Of a DNA stretch of 64,000 bases, positions 8,250 to 16,768 are shown piece by piece. The DNA lies in NCBI GenBank assembly GCA_027310625.1, contig DAIDAM010000003.1, positions 2,239-66,238 on the forward strand, in the 5' to 3' direction. Source of the DNA: a bacterium. Lineage in GTDB: Bacteria > Patescibacteriota > Minisyncoccia > UBA6257 > 2-01-FULL-56-20. The position numbers and the translations under genes are program-made. Below the pieces are notes generated by a model. That model saw only the letters and a program-made list of their open reading frames with translations, had not been told where the DNA came from and made no database searches. Positions within the stretch are counted from its first letter, which is position 1, and each line of letters opens with the position of its first letter.

Positions 8250-10064
8250 ATGAATTCCGAAACGAGAAATTGTCAAAACTGCAAGCAGAATTTCGTCATT
8301 GATTCCGATGATTTTGCTTTCTATGAAAAAATGAAAGTTCCGCCGCCGACGTTCTGCCCGGAATGCAGAATGATAAGGCGATTCGTCTGGCGCAACGAGC
8401 GGCATCTTTTCCGGAGAAAAGACGATGCGACCGGAATGGTTCGACCCGGTTCACCACCACAGGAAATTTTCTCGAGTTTTCCGCCGCAGGTAACTGTAAA
8501 GGTTTATAACCATGATTACTGGTGGAGCGACAACTGGGACCCGTCGGACTACGGACGCGATTACGACTTTTCCCGTCCGTTTTTTGAACAATTCAGAGAA
8601 CTGTTTTACAGCGTCCCGTTGCCCGCAAGGAGCGTTTTCGACACAACCAATTCTGAATATTGCGACAACGCTTCTTATGTAAAAAATTCGTATCTTTCTT
8701 TCAATGTCGGATACTTGGAAAACTCCGCTTACTGCGTTACAACCTTCTACAGCAAAGATAATTTAGACCTCTACGAAGCAAGACACGCCGAGCTATCTTA
8801 TGAAAATTACATGTCGGACGAGGCGTATCGCGTCTTTTTTTCCGTTAATATTGAGGATTCAACCGACATCTGGTTTTCGCGAAATCTTATGGGGTGCAAT
8901 AACTGCTTCGGATGCGTGAATCTGCGCAACAAGTCCTATTACATTTTCAACAAACCGTACTCCAAAGAGGATTACTTCGCCTACATAAAACAATTTGACC
9001 TCGGCTCTTACAAAACAAAAGAAGAATTGTTGAATCGCGCCCGCAAATTCTGGATGCAGTTTCCGATGCGCTTCACGCTCGCGATAAACGTCGTTAATTC
9101 CACAGGCGAACACATTGAGCACTCGCGGAACCTGAAAAGGTGCTATTCCATCCACAAAGGAGAAAATATGGCTTACTGTCAAATTTTTGAACCGCCGGGG
9201 GCCGATTCGTACGATTGCACGGTTTTTGGCTGGGGCGCATCGCGGAGTTATGAATCCCTTGTCTGCGGCGAAGAGTGCTATGATTTAAAGTTTTGCATTG
9301 AGTGCTGGCCGAGTTTAACCAATCTTGAATATTCCGCCCATTGTCATTCCTCCAATAATCTCTTCGGCTGTATTGGTTTGAAGAAAAAAGAATACTGCAT
9401 TTTGAACAAGCAATACTCGAAAGAAGAGTATTTCAAACTCCGCGAAAAAATAATACAACATATGAACGAAATGCCCTACATAGGCAAAATCCGAAATCAG
9501 AAATCCGAAATCCGAAACATTGAATACAAATACGGGGAATTTTTTCCGGCGGAGCTTTCTCCGTTCGCTTACAACGAAACACTTGCAAACGACTTCTTCC
9601 CGCTGACGAAAGAAGAAGCGGAGGCAAAAGGATTTCTCTGGCGCGAACAGGAACGGAGGGAATACGAAACGACGATAAACGCTTTGGATTTGCCGGACAA
9701 CATCAAAGACGTTCAGGATTCCATTCTCAAGGAAATCATAAAATGCGGCGACTGCGGACGGGCGTACAGAATAATTGAGATGGAGCTTCAGTTTTACCGC
9801 CGCATCCCGCTTCCGCTGCCGCGAAAATGTCCGGAGTGCAGATTCAAAGACAGATTCAAATTTGTAAACCCGCCGAAGTTGTGGAAAGGGAAATGTCAGT
9901 GCGCGGGAGAAACCAGTGACCAGCGACCAGAGACCAGTTACAGAAACGCTGTAAAGCATTTTCACGGAGCGGAACATTGCCCGAATGAATTTGAAACATC
10001 TTACCAACCCAACAGGCCGGAAATTGTTTACTGCGAAAGCTGTTATAACAGCGAGGTTGCTTGA
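8250..10064 (+). CDS. multi-zinc-ribbon protein A (N-terminal CxxC...CPxCR ribbon, internal Cys-containing repeats, C-terminal double ribbon)
   Basis: Start moved to 'MNSETRNCQNCKQNF' by analogy with paralog B ('MNNETKTCQNCKNQF'); the ORF-track start at 8196 lies inside the palindrome. Motifs 'KVPPPTFCPECRMIRR', 'NCFGCVNLRNKSYYIFNKPYSKEDYF', 'FGCIGLKKKEYCILNKQYSKEEYF', 'CGDCGRAYRIIEMELQFYRRIPLPLPRKCPECR'. Confidence 0.7.
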   Translation: MNSETRNCQNCKQNFVIDSDDFAFYEKMKVPPPTFCPECRMIRRFVWRNERHLFRRKDDATGMVRPGSPPQEIFSSFPPQVTVKVYNHDYWWSDNWDPSDYGRDYDFSRPFFEQFRELFYSVPLPARSVFDTTNSEYCDNASYVKNSYLSFNVGYLENSAYCVTTFYSKDNLDLYEARHAELSYENYMSDEAYRVFFSVNIEDSTDIWFSRNLMGCNNCFGCVNLRNKSYYIFNKPYSKEDYFAYIKQFDLGSYKTKEELLNRARKFWMQFPMRFTLAINVVNSTGEHIEHSRNLKRCYSIHKGENMAYCQIFEPPGADSYDCTVFGWGASRSYESLVCGEECYDLKFCIECWPSLTNLEYSAHCHSSNNLFGCIGLKKKEYCILNKQYSKEEYFKLREKIIQHMNEMPYIGKIRNQKSEIRNIEYKYGEFFPAELSPFAYNETLANDFFPLTKEEAEAKGFLWREQERREYETTINALDLPDNIKDVQDSILKEIIKCGDCGRAYRIIEMELQFYRRIPLPLPRKCPECRFKDRFKFVNPPKLWKGKCQCAGETSDQRPETSYRNAVKHFHGAEHCPNEFETSYQPNRPEIVYCESCYNSEVA

Positions 10065-10077
10065 GTGGAAATTATGT

Positions 10078-10104
10078 CCCTCATTCGCGCGAATGGTAGA
10101 ATAA
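10078..10104. promoter_or_regulatory. operator/promoter motif copy 3 (identical 27-mer to copy 1) upstream of Zn-ribbon gene B
   Basis: CCCTCATTCGCGCGAATGGTAGAATAA, ~50 nt upstream of the start at 10153. Confidence 0.7.
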
Positions 10105-10152
10105 ACAAAACAACAAAATCATAGGCGCTATGACTAGTCATAGCGGTATAAA

Positions 10153-11880
10153 ATGAACAACGAAACCAAAACCTGTCAAAATTGCAAAAACCAGTTTGCC
10201 GTCGAGCCAGATGATTTTGATTTCTACGCCAAAATCAAAGTCCCGCCGCCGACGTTCTGCCCGCCGTGCCGACTGCAGAGGCGGCTGGCGTTTTTCAATA
10301 TTTTCAATCTCTATAAACGGCCGTGCGATTTATGCAAGAAAGATTTCATTTCGATGTATCGAGCCGACACGCCGTACACTATTTACTGCCCGAAATGCTG
10401 GTGGAGCGACGATTGGGATACTTTTGAATACGGCAGAGAATACGATTTTTCGCGGCCGTTTTTCGAGCAATACAACGAACTACTGCATCGAGTTCCGCTC
10501 ATCGGCGCTTCGATAGATATTCCGACAATGGAAACATCGCCGTACACGAACCATGCCGGCCATCTCAAGAATTCTTACCTTTTGTTCCACGTCGATTATG
10601 TCGAAGATTCCGCTTACGGATTTAACACATTCAACAATAAATCATTATTTGACTGTACCAATTTAATTCTATCCGAATTATCTTATGACATAATTCACGC
10701 CTACAAGATATCGCGCTCCGCCGGCTCGCAGGATTTGCTCGAATCCATCAATTGTTTCTTTATGAAGGATTCGGAAAATTGCCAAGATTGTTTTGCGTCC
10801 GCGAATTTACGGAATAAAAAACACTACATTTTCAATGAGCCGTATTCCAAAGAGGACTATTTTGACGAAATCAAGAAATGGAATTTAGGTTCTTATAAAA
10901 TTTATCAAGAAGTTAAAAAACGGGCGGAAGAGCACTGGAAAAAATTTCCGCCAGACCCGATTTATCAAAAATTTGCCATTAATTCAACGGGGAACAGGAT
11001 ATATGAGTCGAAAAACTGCAAGGAATGTTTTGAGGTCTCTTATGCCGAGGACTGCAAATGGGCGATGATGATGTACATTCGGACAATTAAGGATTGTTAC
11101 GACGTCGTCAGTTGGGGAAATAATATGTCGCGTTCGTACGAGTGCTGCAATGTCGGCGAGGATGTTTCCGAAGCGCGGTTCTGCAGCGAATCCGGACTGG
11201 GATTGATGGACGCAGAATATTGCAAACTCTCGACGGGCAACCATCATTTCGGCTGCGTATCCGTAAAGAAAGGCGATTACGTAATTCTAAACAAAAAATA
11301 TTCAGAGGATGAGTACCGGAAATTGCGCGAAAAAATTATCGCGCAAATGAACGAGTTGCCCTACGTTTCAAGGGCGACCAGCAACCGGGGACCAGAGACA
11401 AGGGAGATAATTTACAAATACGGGGAATTTTTCCCGGCGGAAATCAGCCCCTTTGCCTACAACGAAACGATTGCAAATAATTTCTTTCCCTTGGAAAAAG
11501 AAAAGGTCTTGGCGAACAGCTGGCGATGGAACGAACCGGAAACGCACGCCTACTCAATTACAAAACACGCCCAAGATTTGCCCGACCACATAAAAGACGC
11601 CGGTGACGATATTTTGAAAGAGGTAATCGCCTGCGCGAAATGCGGACGGGGATTCAGAATCATACGAATGGAACTCGATTTTCTGCGGCGGATGAATTTG
11701 CCTTTGCCGCGCGAGTGTCCGTTTTGCCGCATCGGCGAGAAATTCAATTACTGGGTCAAAGAATCGCGGCTGGTGAAACGAACCTGCGACAAATGCGGCG
11801 CGGAATTCGACAGCCCGCACACGAAAGAGAACTATCCGAAAATTCTTTGCAAAAAACACTGGCTGGAAGAAGTGGTGTAA
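10153..11880 (+). CDS. multi-zinc-ribbon protein B (tandem paralog of A)
   Basis: 575 aa, collinear with A: 'KVPPPTFCPPCRLQRR', 'YDFSRPFFEQYNEL', 'ANLRNKKHYIFNEPYSKEDYF', 'FGCVSVKKGDYVILNKKYSEDEYRKLREKIIAQMNELPYV', 'CAKCGRGFRIIRMELDFLRRMNLPLPRECPFCR'. It carries an extra CxxC...CPKCWW ribbon where A has lost the cysteines. Confidence 0.7.
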   Translation: MNNETKTCQNCKNQFAVEPDDFDFYAKIKVPPPTFCPPCRLQRRLAFFNIFNLYKRPCDLCKKDFISMYRADTPYTIYCPKCWWSDDWDTFEYGREYDFSRPFFEQYNELLHRVPLIGASIDIPTMETSPYTNHAGHLKNSYLLFHVDYVEDSAYGFNTFNNKSLFDCTNLILSELSYDIIHAYKISRSAGSQDLLESINCFFMKDSENCQDCFASANLRNKKHYIFNEPYSKEDYFDEIKKWNLGSYKIYQEVKKRAEEHWKKFPPDPIYQKFAINSTGNRIYESKNCKECFEVSYAEDCKWAMMMYIRTIKDCYDVVSWGNNMSRSYECCNVGEDVSEARFCSESGLGLMDAEYCKLSTGNHHFGCVSVKKGDYVILNKKYSEDEYRKLREKIIAQMNELPYVSRATSNRGPETREIIYKYGEFFPAEISPFAYNETIANNFFPLEKEKVLANSWRWNEPETHAYSITKHAQDLPDHIKDAGDDILKEVIACAKCGRGFRIIRMELDFLRRMNLPLPRECPFCRIGEKFNYWVKESRLVKRTCDKCGAEFDSPHTKENYPKILCKKHWLEEVV

Positions 11881-11900
11881 AGATGGTATAGTTTTGCGAA

Positions 11901-13652
11901 ATGGCTCCGTTTTTCAAAACCGACAAGCAGAAAGACGTCGTTTATTTCGCGCGCACCGATTTCCGCAATCAGAATCGGCTTTTCGGCATTAAAAGAAAAG
12001 ACCGCCGCCAGCACACGTACGTCGTCGGCAAAACCGGCACCGGTAAAACCGCGCTCCTCAACAATTTAATTGTTCAAGACATCGCAAACGGCGAAGGCGT
12101 CTGCGTCATTGACCCGCACGGCGAGCTCGTCGAGGGATTGCTCGACAAAATTCCGGCCGAGCGGATAAACGACATCATCTATTTCAATCCCGCCGACCCC
12201 GACCACCACATCGGTTTCAACATTCTGGAATTGCCCGACCCGAAATACAAACATCTGGTCGCTTCCGGTTTGATGGGAATTTTCACCAAAATCTGGTCGA
12301 ATGTCTGGTCGGCAAGAATGGAATACATTTTGAATAACGCCGTTTTGGCGCTTCTCGAAAATCCCGGCTCGACTTTGCTCGGCATCAACCGCATTCTTGT
12401 CGACAAGGACTACCGACAGCAAATCATTTCCAACGTCAAAGACCCGGTGATCAAGGCGTTTTGGGTCAACGAATACGAACAGTGGCGCGACCAGTTCCGG
12501 AACGAAGCCATCGCCCCGATTCAAAACAAAGTCGGCCAGTTCCTTTCGACGGCGATGATTCGAAACATCGTCGGGCAGGAAAAAAGCACGATAAACATTT
12601 TCGATTTGATGAACGAGAAAAAAATACTTCTCGTGAATGTCTCCAAGGGAAGAATAGGGGAGGACAATTCGGCGCTTCTGGGCGCGATGCTCATCACCAA
12701 AATTCAGCTTTCGGCGATGGAACGCGTCAGGATTCCCGAAGACGAGCGTCCGGATTTTTATCTTTACGTCGACGAGTTCCAGAATTTCGCCACCGATTCT
12801 TTTGCCGGCATTTTGTCCGAAGCAAGAAAATATCGCCTGAATCTCATCGTCGCGCATCAGTACATCGGACAATTGGTCACCGATGTTTCCACAAAAGTCC
12901 GCGACGCGGTCTTCGGGAACGTTGGGACAATGATTCTTTTCAGAATAGGCGCGGCGGACGCGGAATTTCTGGAAACGGAATTTGAACCGGAATTCGCCAT
13001 TCAGGACATGGTCAATCTGCCGAACTACCGCATTTACCTGAAATTGATGGTTGACGGCATCACCTGCCGTCCGTTTTCCGCGCAAACTTTGCCGCCGTTC
13101 AATCTCGAATCATCGGAGGAAATAAAAGATAAAATCATCGCCGTTTCGAGGAAACTTCATTCAAAGCCGAGCGTGGAAGTGGAAAAGGCGATCAATCGCT
13201 GGAGCGGAATGATGGGCGAAACTGCGGCACAGCTGCCCGGAGCCAAAATGTTTCCGGCTGTTTGCTCGAACTGCGGTAAAAACACCATGGTGCCTTTCGA
13301 GCCGGCGAAGGGCAGACCGGTTTACTGCGACGATTGTTTTGAAAAGATACAATCGGGAAAACTCGCTCCCGTCGGCGGCGCAGGAAGACAGGGAAAACCA
13401 TCGGAAGAATTCTCGCGCGACCTTGCGGAACTCGGAATAGAATTCGAATTCAGAAAACCGCCGGCGAGACGTTTGGAAGAAGTGCCCTCGGCGATTCCCG
13501 TTGAAAGAAAAGGAATTTCGCTCGCGGAATTGAAGCCGCAGGAGGAGAAAGAGAGAAAAGAAAAGACGAAGCAGGCGGGCGAAAAACCGAAAGTGGATAT
13601 AAACGAACTCCGCGAAGCGATAAAAGAATCGCTTAAGAAAGCAGAGGGTTAA
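11901..13652 (+). CDS. FtsK/HerA/TraD(VirD4)-superfamily P-loop ATPase (DUF87-like), copy 2, with C-terminal zinc ribbon and K/E-rich tail
   Basis: 583 aa. Walker A 'YVVGKTGTGKT', Walker B 'FYLYVDEFQNF', 'RKYRLNLIVAHQYIGQL'. C-terminal 'CSNCGKNTMVPFEPAKGRPVYCDDCF' followed by 'KPQEEKERKEKTKQAGEKPK'. Confidence 0.8.
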   Translation: MAPFFKTDKQKDVVYFARTDFRNQNRLFGIKRKDRRQHTYVVGKTGTGKTALLNNLIVQDIANGEGVCVIDPHGELVEGLLDKIPAERINDIIYFNPADPDHHIGFNILELPDPKYKHLVASGLMGIFTKIWSNVWSARMEYILNNAVLALLENPGSTLLGINRILVDKDYRQQIISNVKDPVIKAFWVNEYEQWRDQFRNEAIAPIQNKVGQFLSTAMIRNIVGQEKSTINIFDLMNEKKILLVNVSKGRIGEDNSALLGAMLITKIQLSAMERVRIPEDERPDFYLYVDEFQNFATDSFAGILSEARKYRLNLIVAHQYIGQLVTDVSTKVRDAVFGNVGTMILFRIGAADAEFLETEFEPEFAIQDMVNLPNYRIYLKLMVDGITCRPFSAQTLPPFNLESSEEIKDKIIAVSRKLHSKPSVEVEKAINRWSGMMGETAAQLPGAKMFPAVCSNCGKNTMVPFEPAKGRPVYCDDCFEKIQSGKLAPVGGAGRQGKPSEEFSRDLAELGIEFEFRKPPARRLEEVPSAIPVERKGISLAELKPQEEKERKEKTKQAGEKPKVDINELREAIKESLKKAEG

Positions 13653-13717
13653 AAGTTATCAGACAACAGTAATCAGACATCAGAAGTAATTTTTAATTCT
13701 CTGATTTCTGATGACTA

Positions 13718-14443
13718 ATGATTAATCTCTTAACTATGCATTTTGATATTATTACTATCTTCCCGAAGATTTTCAATTCTTTTTTAAAGGAGTCGCTTAT
13801 TAAGCGCGCCATCAAAAAGAAAATCATCGAGGTAAAAATAACGAACCTCAGGAATTTTTCCGACGACAGAAAGCACAGGAAAATTGACGACCGTCCCTAC
13901 GGCGGGGGACCGGGAATGGTCTTACAAATTGGACCTATCTATCGCGCAGTCCAATTTGTAATTTCAAAGTTCTCCGCCAAAGGCGGATCCGCCTCCGGAG
14001 GAAAAGTTCAAAGTTCAAAAACTCGGACAATTCTTTTTTCAACGCGCGGCAGAAAATTTGACGCAAAAACGGCGAAGCGGCTTTCAAAATACGGTTCGCT
14101 TATTCTGATTTGCGGACGCTACGAGGGCGTTGACGAAAGGGTTGCGAAATACATCGCCGACGAAGAAATCTCCATCGGCGATTACGTTTTGAACGGCGGA
14201 GAAGTGGCGGCAATGGCGCTTATGGAAGCGGTAAGCAGATTTTTGCCGGGATTTCTCGGCAAAACGGAATCGCTTGAAGAAATAAAGGGTCATTACGCCA
14301 CTTACACCCGTCCTGCCGAATTCGTCCCCGACGTTTCTTCAAGAAAAAAATTTTTTCCGAGAACGCCGAGGAAGTGGAGCGTTCCGAGCGTTCTTATGTC
14401 GGGACACCATGAAAAAATAAACAAATTGAGAAAATCGCGGTAG
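13718..14443 (+). CDS. trmD: tRNA (guanine37-N1)-methyltransferase
   Basis: 'HFDIITIFP', 'DDRPYGGGPGMV', 'LICGRYEGVDERV', 'SIGDYVLNGGE'. The true start may be the Met at 13736 (MHFDII...). Confidence 0.9.
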   Translation: MINLLTMHFDIITIFPKIFNSFLKESLIKRAIKKKIIEVKITNLRNFSDDRKHRKIDDRPYGGGPGMVLQIGPIYRAVQFVISKFSAKGGSASGGKVQSSKTRTILFSTRGRKFDAKTAKRLSKYGSLILICGRYEGVDERVAKYIADEEISIGDYVLNGGEVAAMALMEAVSRFLPGFLGKTESLEEIKGHYATYTRPAEFVPDVSSRKKFFPRTPRKWSVPSVLMSGHHEKINKLRKSR

Positions 14444-14449
14444 AGCAAA

Positions 14450-15859
14450 ATGCCGATTTACGATGTAGCTTTTTACGGAGCGCTGTCGTTTATTGCAGGG
14501 GCGCTTGCCGCCGGATTGAATTTATCGGCCGCAAAAGCGGTTTTCTTTTTTGCAATCCTCGCCCTTATTCTCGCCTACGTAAAAATCTGGGGAAAATTTC
14601 CGGCTTTTTTCTTCATTTTTTTCTTTGTCTTCGGAACGTTTTATTACAATTTTTTCTTTGCCATCAAAGAATCAAGCCAAAAAATAACTTTTGAAAAAAC
14701 CGTAGAATTTTCCGGAATGATAACAAGCGAGCCGCAACTCAACGAAAAATTCCAGAAAGCGACCATTGAACTTAATCCGCCATTTTCAGGGGAAATAAGC
14801 GTTCTTGCGCCGCTTTATCCTCAAATAAACTACGGCGACGTAATTGAAGCAAAAGGAGAAATAAGGCCATCCGTTTCAAAAAACCAAAGCCCCGTCTCAT
14901 TTTTCCCTGAATTAAAAATCATGGAAAGTCATCGCGGCTTCTGGCTGAAAGAAAAACTTCTTAACATCAAAAAGGGGATGATATCGCAGTTTAGAAATCT
15001 CCTGCCGGGCGATCCCGCGGCGCTTTTAAGCGGCATGACGCTCGGCTGGCGCGGCGATTTCACGGAAAAATTCAAGAAAGAAATGTCCTTGAGCGGCACG
15101 ACGCACATCGTCGCGCTTTCGGGATACAACATAACCATTCTTGTCATCGCCGTCGCCGCCGTTTTCGGCAACTGGCTCTCGCGGAGAATGACGTTTTTCC
15201 TCACCTCTTTCATAATTCTTCTCTTTATTTTTATGGTCGGCGCCGAAGAATCTGTGGTGCGCGCCGCAATAATGGGCTTCATTGCCCTCATTGCAAAGGA
15301 ATCGGGCAGAAGATTCAGTTTCAGGAACGCGATTGCGCTCACGGCGGCGGCAATGATTCTTTTCCGTCCCGATGTTTTATTCGATATCGGATTCATTCTC
15401 TCCTTTCTGAGCTTAATCGGGATAATCTATATCGCCCCGGAGCTGAAAGAGATTTTCAGAATCGGCGAATCGGGAAGTTTTATGTCATGGAAAGAAAACG
15501 CGATAACGACATTGTCGGCGCAGATGATGGTCGCGCCCGTTCTCATAAACGTTTTCGGAAATTTTTCGCTGACGAGCATCGCCGCGAACGTTCTCATTCT
15601 TGAATTCGTCCCGTTGACGATGCTTTTGGGTTTTGTGATCGCCGTTTTCGGATGGATTTTCTATTACGCCGGTTTCATTTTTTCGGTTTTCGGGAATATT
15701 CTTCTCCGCTACGAAATCGGGGTCATAAAATTTTTCGCGTTCTGGAGTATGCCCGTTTTTTCGGGAACACGCTCGCTGATTTTTTCTTTTTTTTATTACA
15801 TTGCATTGCTCGTTTTTCTTCTCTACAGAAAGGAAATTAAATCCCGCGAATTGATATAA
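14450..15859 (+). CDS. comEC: ComEC/Rec2 competence protein, N-terminal part (DUF4131 + competence channel domain)
   Basis: Polytopic membrane protein with 'GTTHIVALSGYNITIL' (the ComEC 'HxxAISGxHv' motif). It ends with TGA 8 nt before the MBL-domain ORF. Confidence 0.75.
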   Translation: MPIYDVAFYGALSFIAGALAAGLNLSAAKAVFFFAILALILAYVKIWGKFPAFFFIFFFVFGTFYYNFFFAIKESSQKITFEKTVEFSGMITSEPQLNEKFQKATIELNPPFSGEISVLAPLYPQINYGDVIEAKGEIRPSVSKNQSPVSFFPELKIMESHRGFWLKEKLLNIKKGMISQFRNLLPGDPAALLSGMTLGWRGDFTEKFKKEMSLSGTTHIVALSGYNITILVIAVAAVFGNWLSRRMTFFLTSFIILLFIFMVGAEESVVRAAIMGFIALIAKESGRRFSFRNAIALTAAAMILFRPDVLFDIGFILSFLSLIGIIYIAPELKEIFRIGESGSFMSWKENAITTLSAQMMVAPVLINVFGNFSLTSIAANVLILEFVPLTMLLGFVIAVFGWIFYYAGFIFSVFGNILLRYEIGVIKFFAFWSMPVFSGTRSLIFSFFYYIALLVFLLYRKEIKSRELI

Positions 15860-15866
15860 TCAAAAA

Positions 15867-16745
15867 ATGTCCGGCAACAAGGGCAAAAACAAACCGGGGA
15901 ATATTATTATTTCCTTCTTTATATTATCAATTGTCGTTGATTTCTTTGTCTGGTATCGCGTAATTTTCGGAGGTTACGAATCGAAACCGAAAGCGTATTT
16001 CCTCGACGTCGGGCAGGGGGACGCCGAGCTCGTAATTTTTCCGGGAAACACAAAGATTCTCACCGATGCCGGGCCCGACTCAAAAATCGTTGGCGAACTT
16101 GAGAAAATTCAGGAACTTGCCGGCAAATACATCGATTTGGCCGTAATAACCCATCCTCAGCTGGATCATTTCAACGGCTTTCTCGGTCTCCTTGATAGAT
16201 ATAATTTCGGCGCATTTATTTACAACGGGCGCTCCGACTCTCAAGAAGGATGGAGTGAGTTAATCGCAAAAATAAAAGAAAAGAAGATACCGCTGATAGC
16301 GCTGAAAGCGGGCGATGTGATAAAAAACGGCGAGAATAGAATAAATTTCCTCTCTCCCGACGAGAATCTCCTCGGGAGCGCGGAGTTGAACGACACGGGA
16401 CTTGTCCAGTTGACGGATATTTCCGGCTTAAAAATGCTTCTTGCGGCGGACATAGGAGGGGAAATAGAAAAATATCTCGCCGAAAATTTTGATTTGAAAG
16501 CGGATGTTTTGAAAGTGGCGCATCACGGCTCAAAATTCTCTTCGTCGGAGGAATTCCTAAAAGCCGTCGGTTCCCGAGTTGCGATAATTGAAGTCGGGGA
16601 AAACAACAAATACGGCCATCCTGCCTCCTCAACCCTTGAAAAACTTTCTGATTTTTCGCCGGCAATCCTGAGAACGGACGTCAACGGGCAGATTATGGCG
16701 CTCTTGGACAACGAAAAACTCAAAATTTTCGCAGAAAAGGAATAA
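15867..16745 (+). CDS. comEC: ComEC C-terminal metallo-beta-lactamase domain encoded as a separate ORF
   Basis: 'YFLDVGQGDAELVIFPGNTKILTDAG', 'VAHHGSKFSSS', 'NKYGHPASSTLEKL' are typical of the ComEC MBL domain. Confidence 0.75.
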   Translation: MSGNKGKNKPGNIIISFFILSIVVDFFVWYRVIFGGYESKPKAYFLDVGQGDAELVIFPGNTKILTDAGPDSKIVGELEKIQELAGKYIDLAVITHPQLDHFNGFLGLLDRYNFGAFIYNGRSDSQEGWSELIAKIKEKKIPLIALKAGDVIKNGENRINFLSPDENLLGSAELNDTGLVQLTDISGLKMLLAADIGGEIEKYLAENFDLKADVLKVAHHGSKFSSSEEFLKAVGSRVAIIEVGENNKYGHPASSTLEKLSDFSPAILRTDVNGQIMALLDNEKLKIFAEKE

Positions 16746-16768
16746 AATCTGTATAATTACAACGAATA

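Noticed and set aside
15857-15859. UGA recoding (code 25/4) as the explanation for the ComEC split and other TGA codons
   Set aside because: TGA terminates secF, the 2158 ORF, fmt's neighbours and others at positions matching ortholog lengths. prfB keeps the UGA-dependent frameshift site, which requires UGA = stop.
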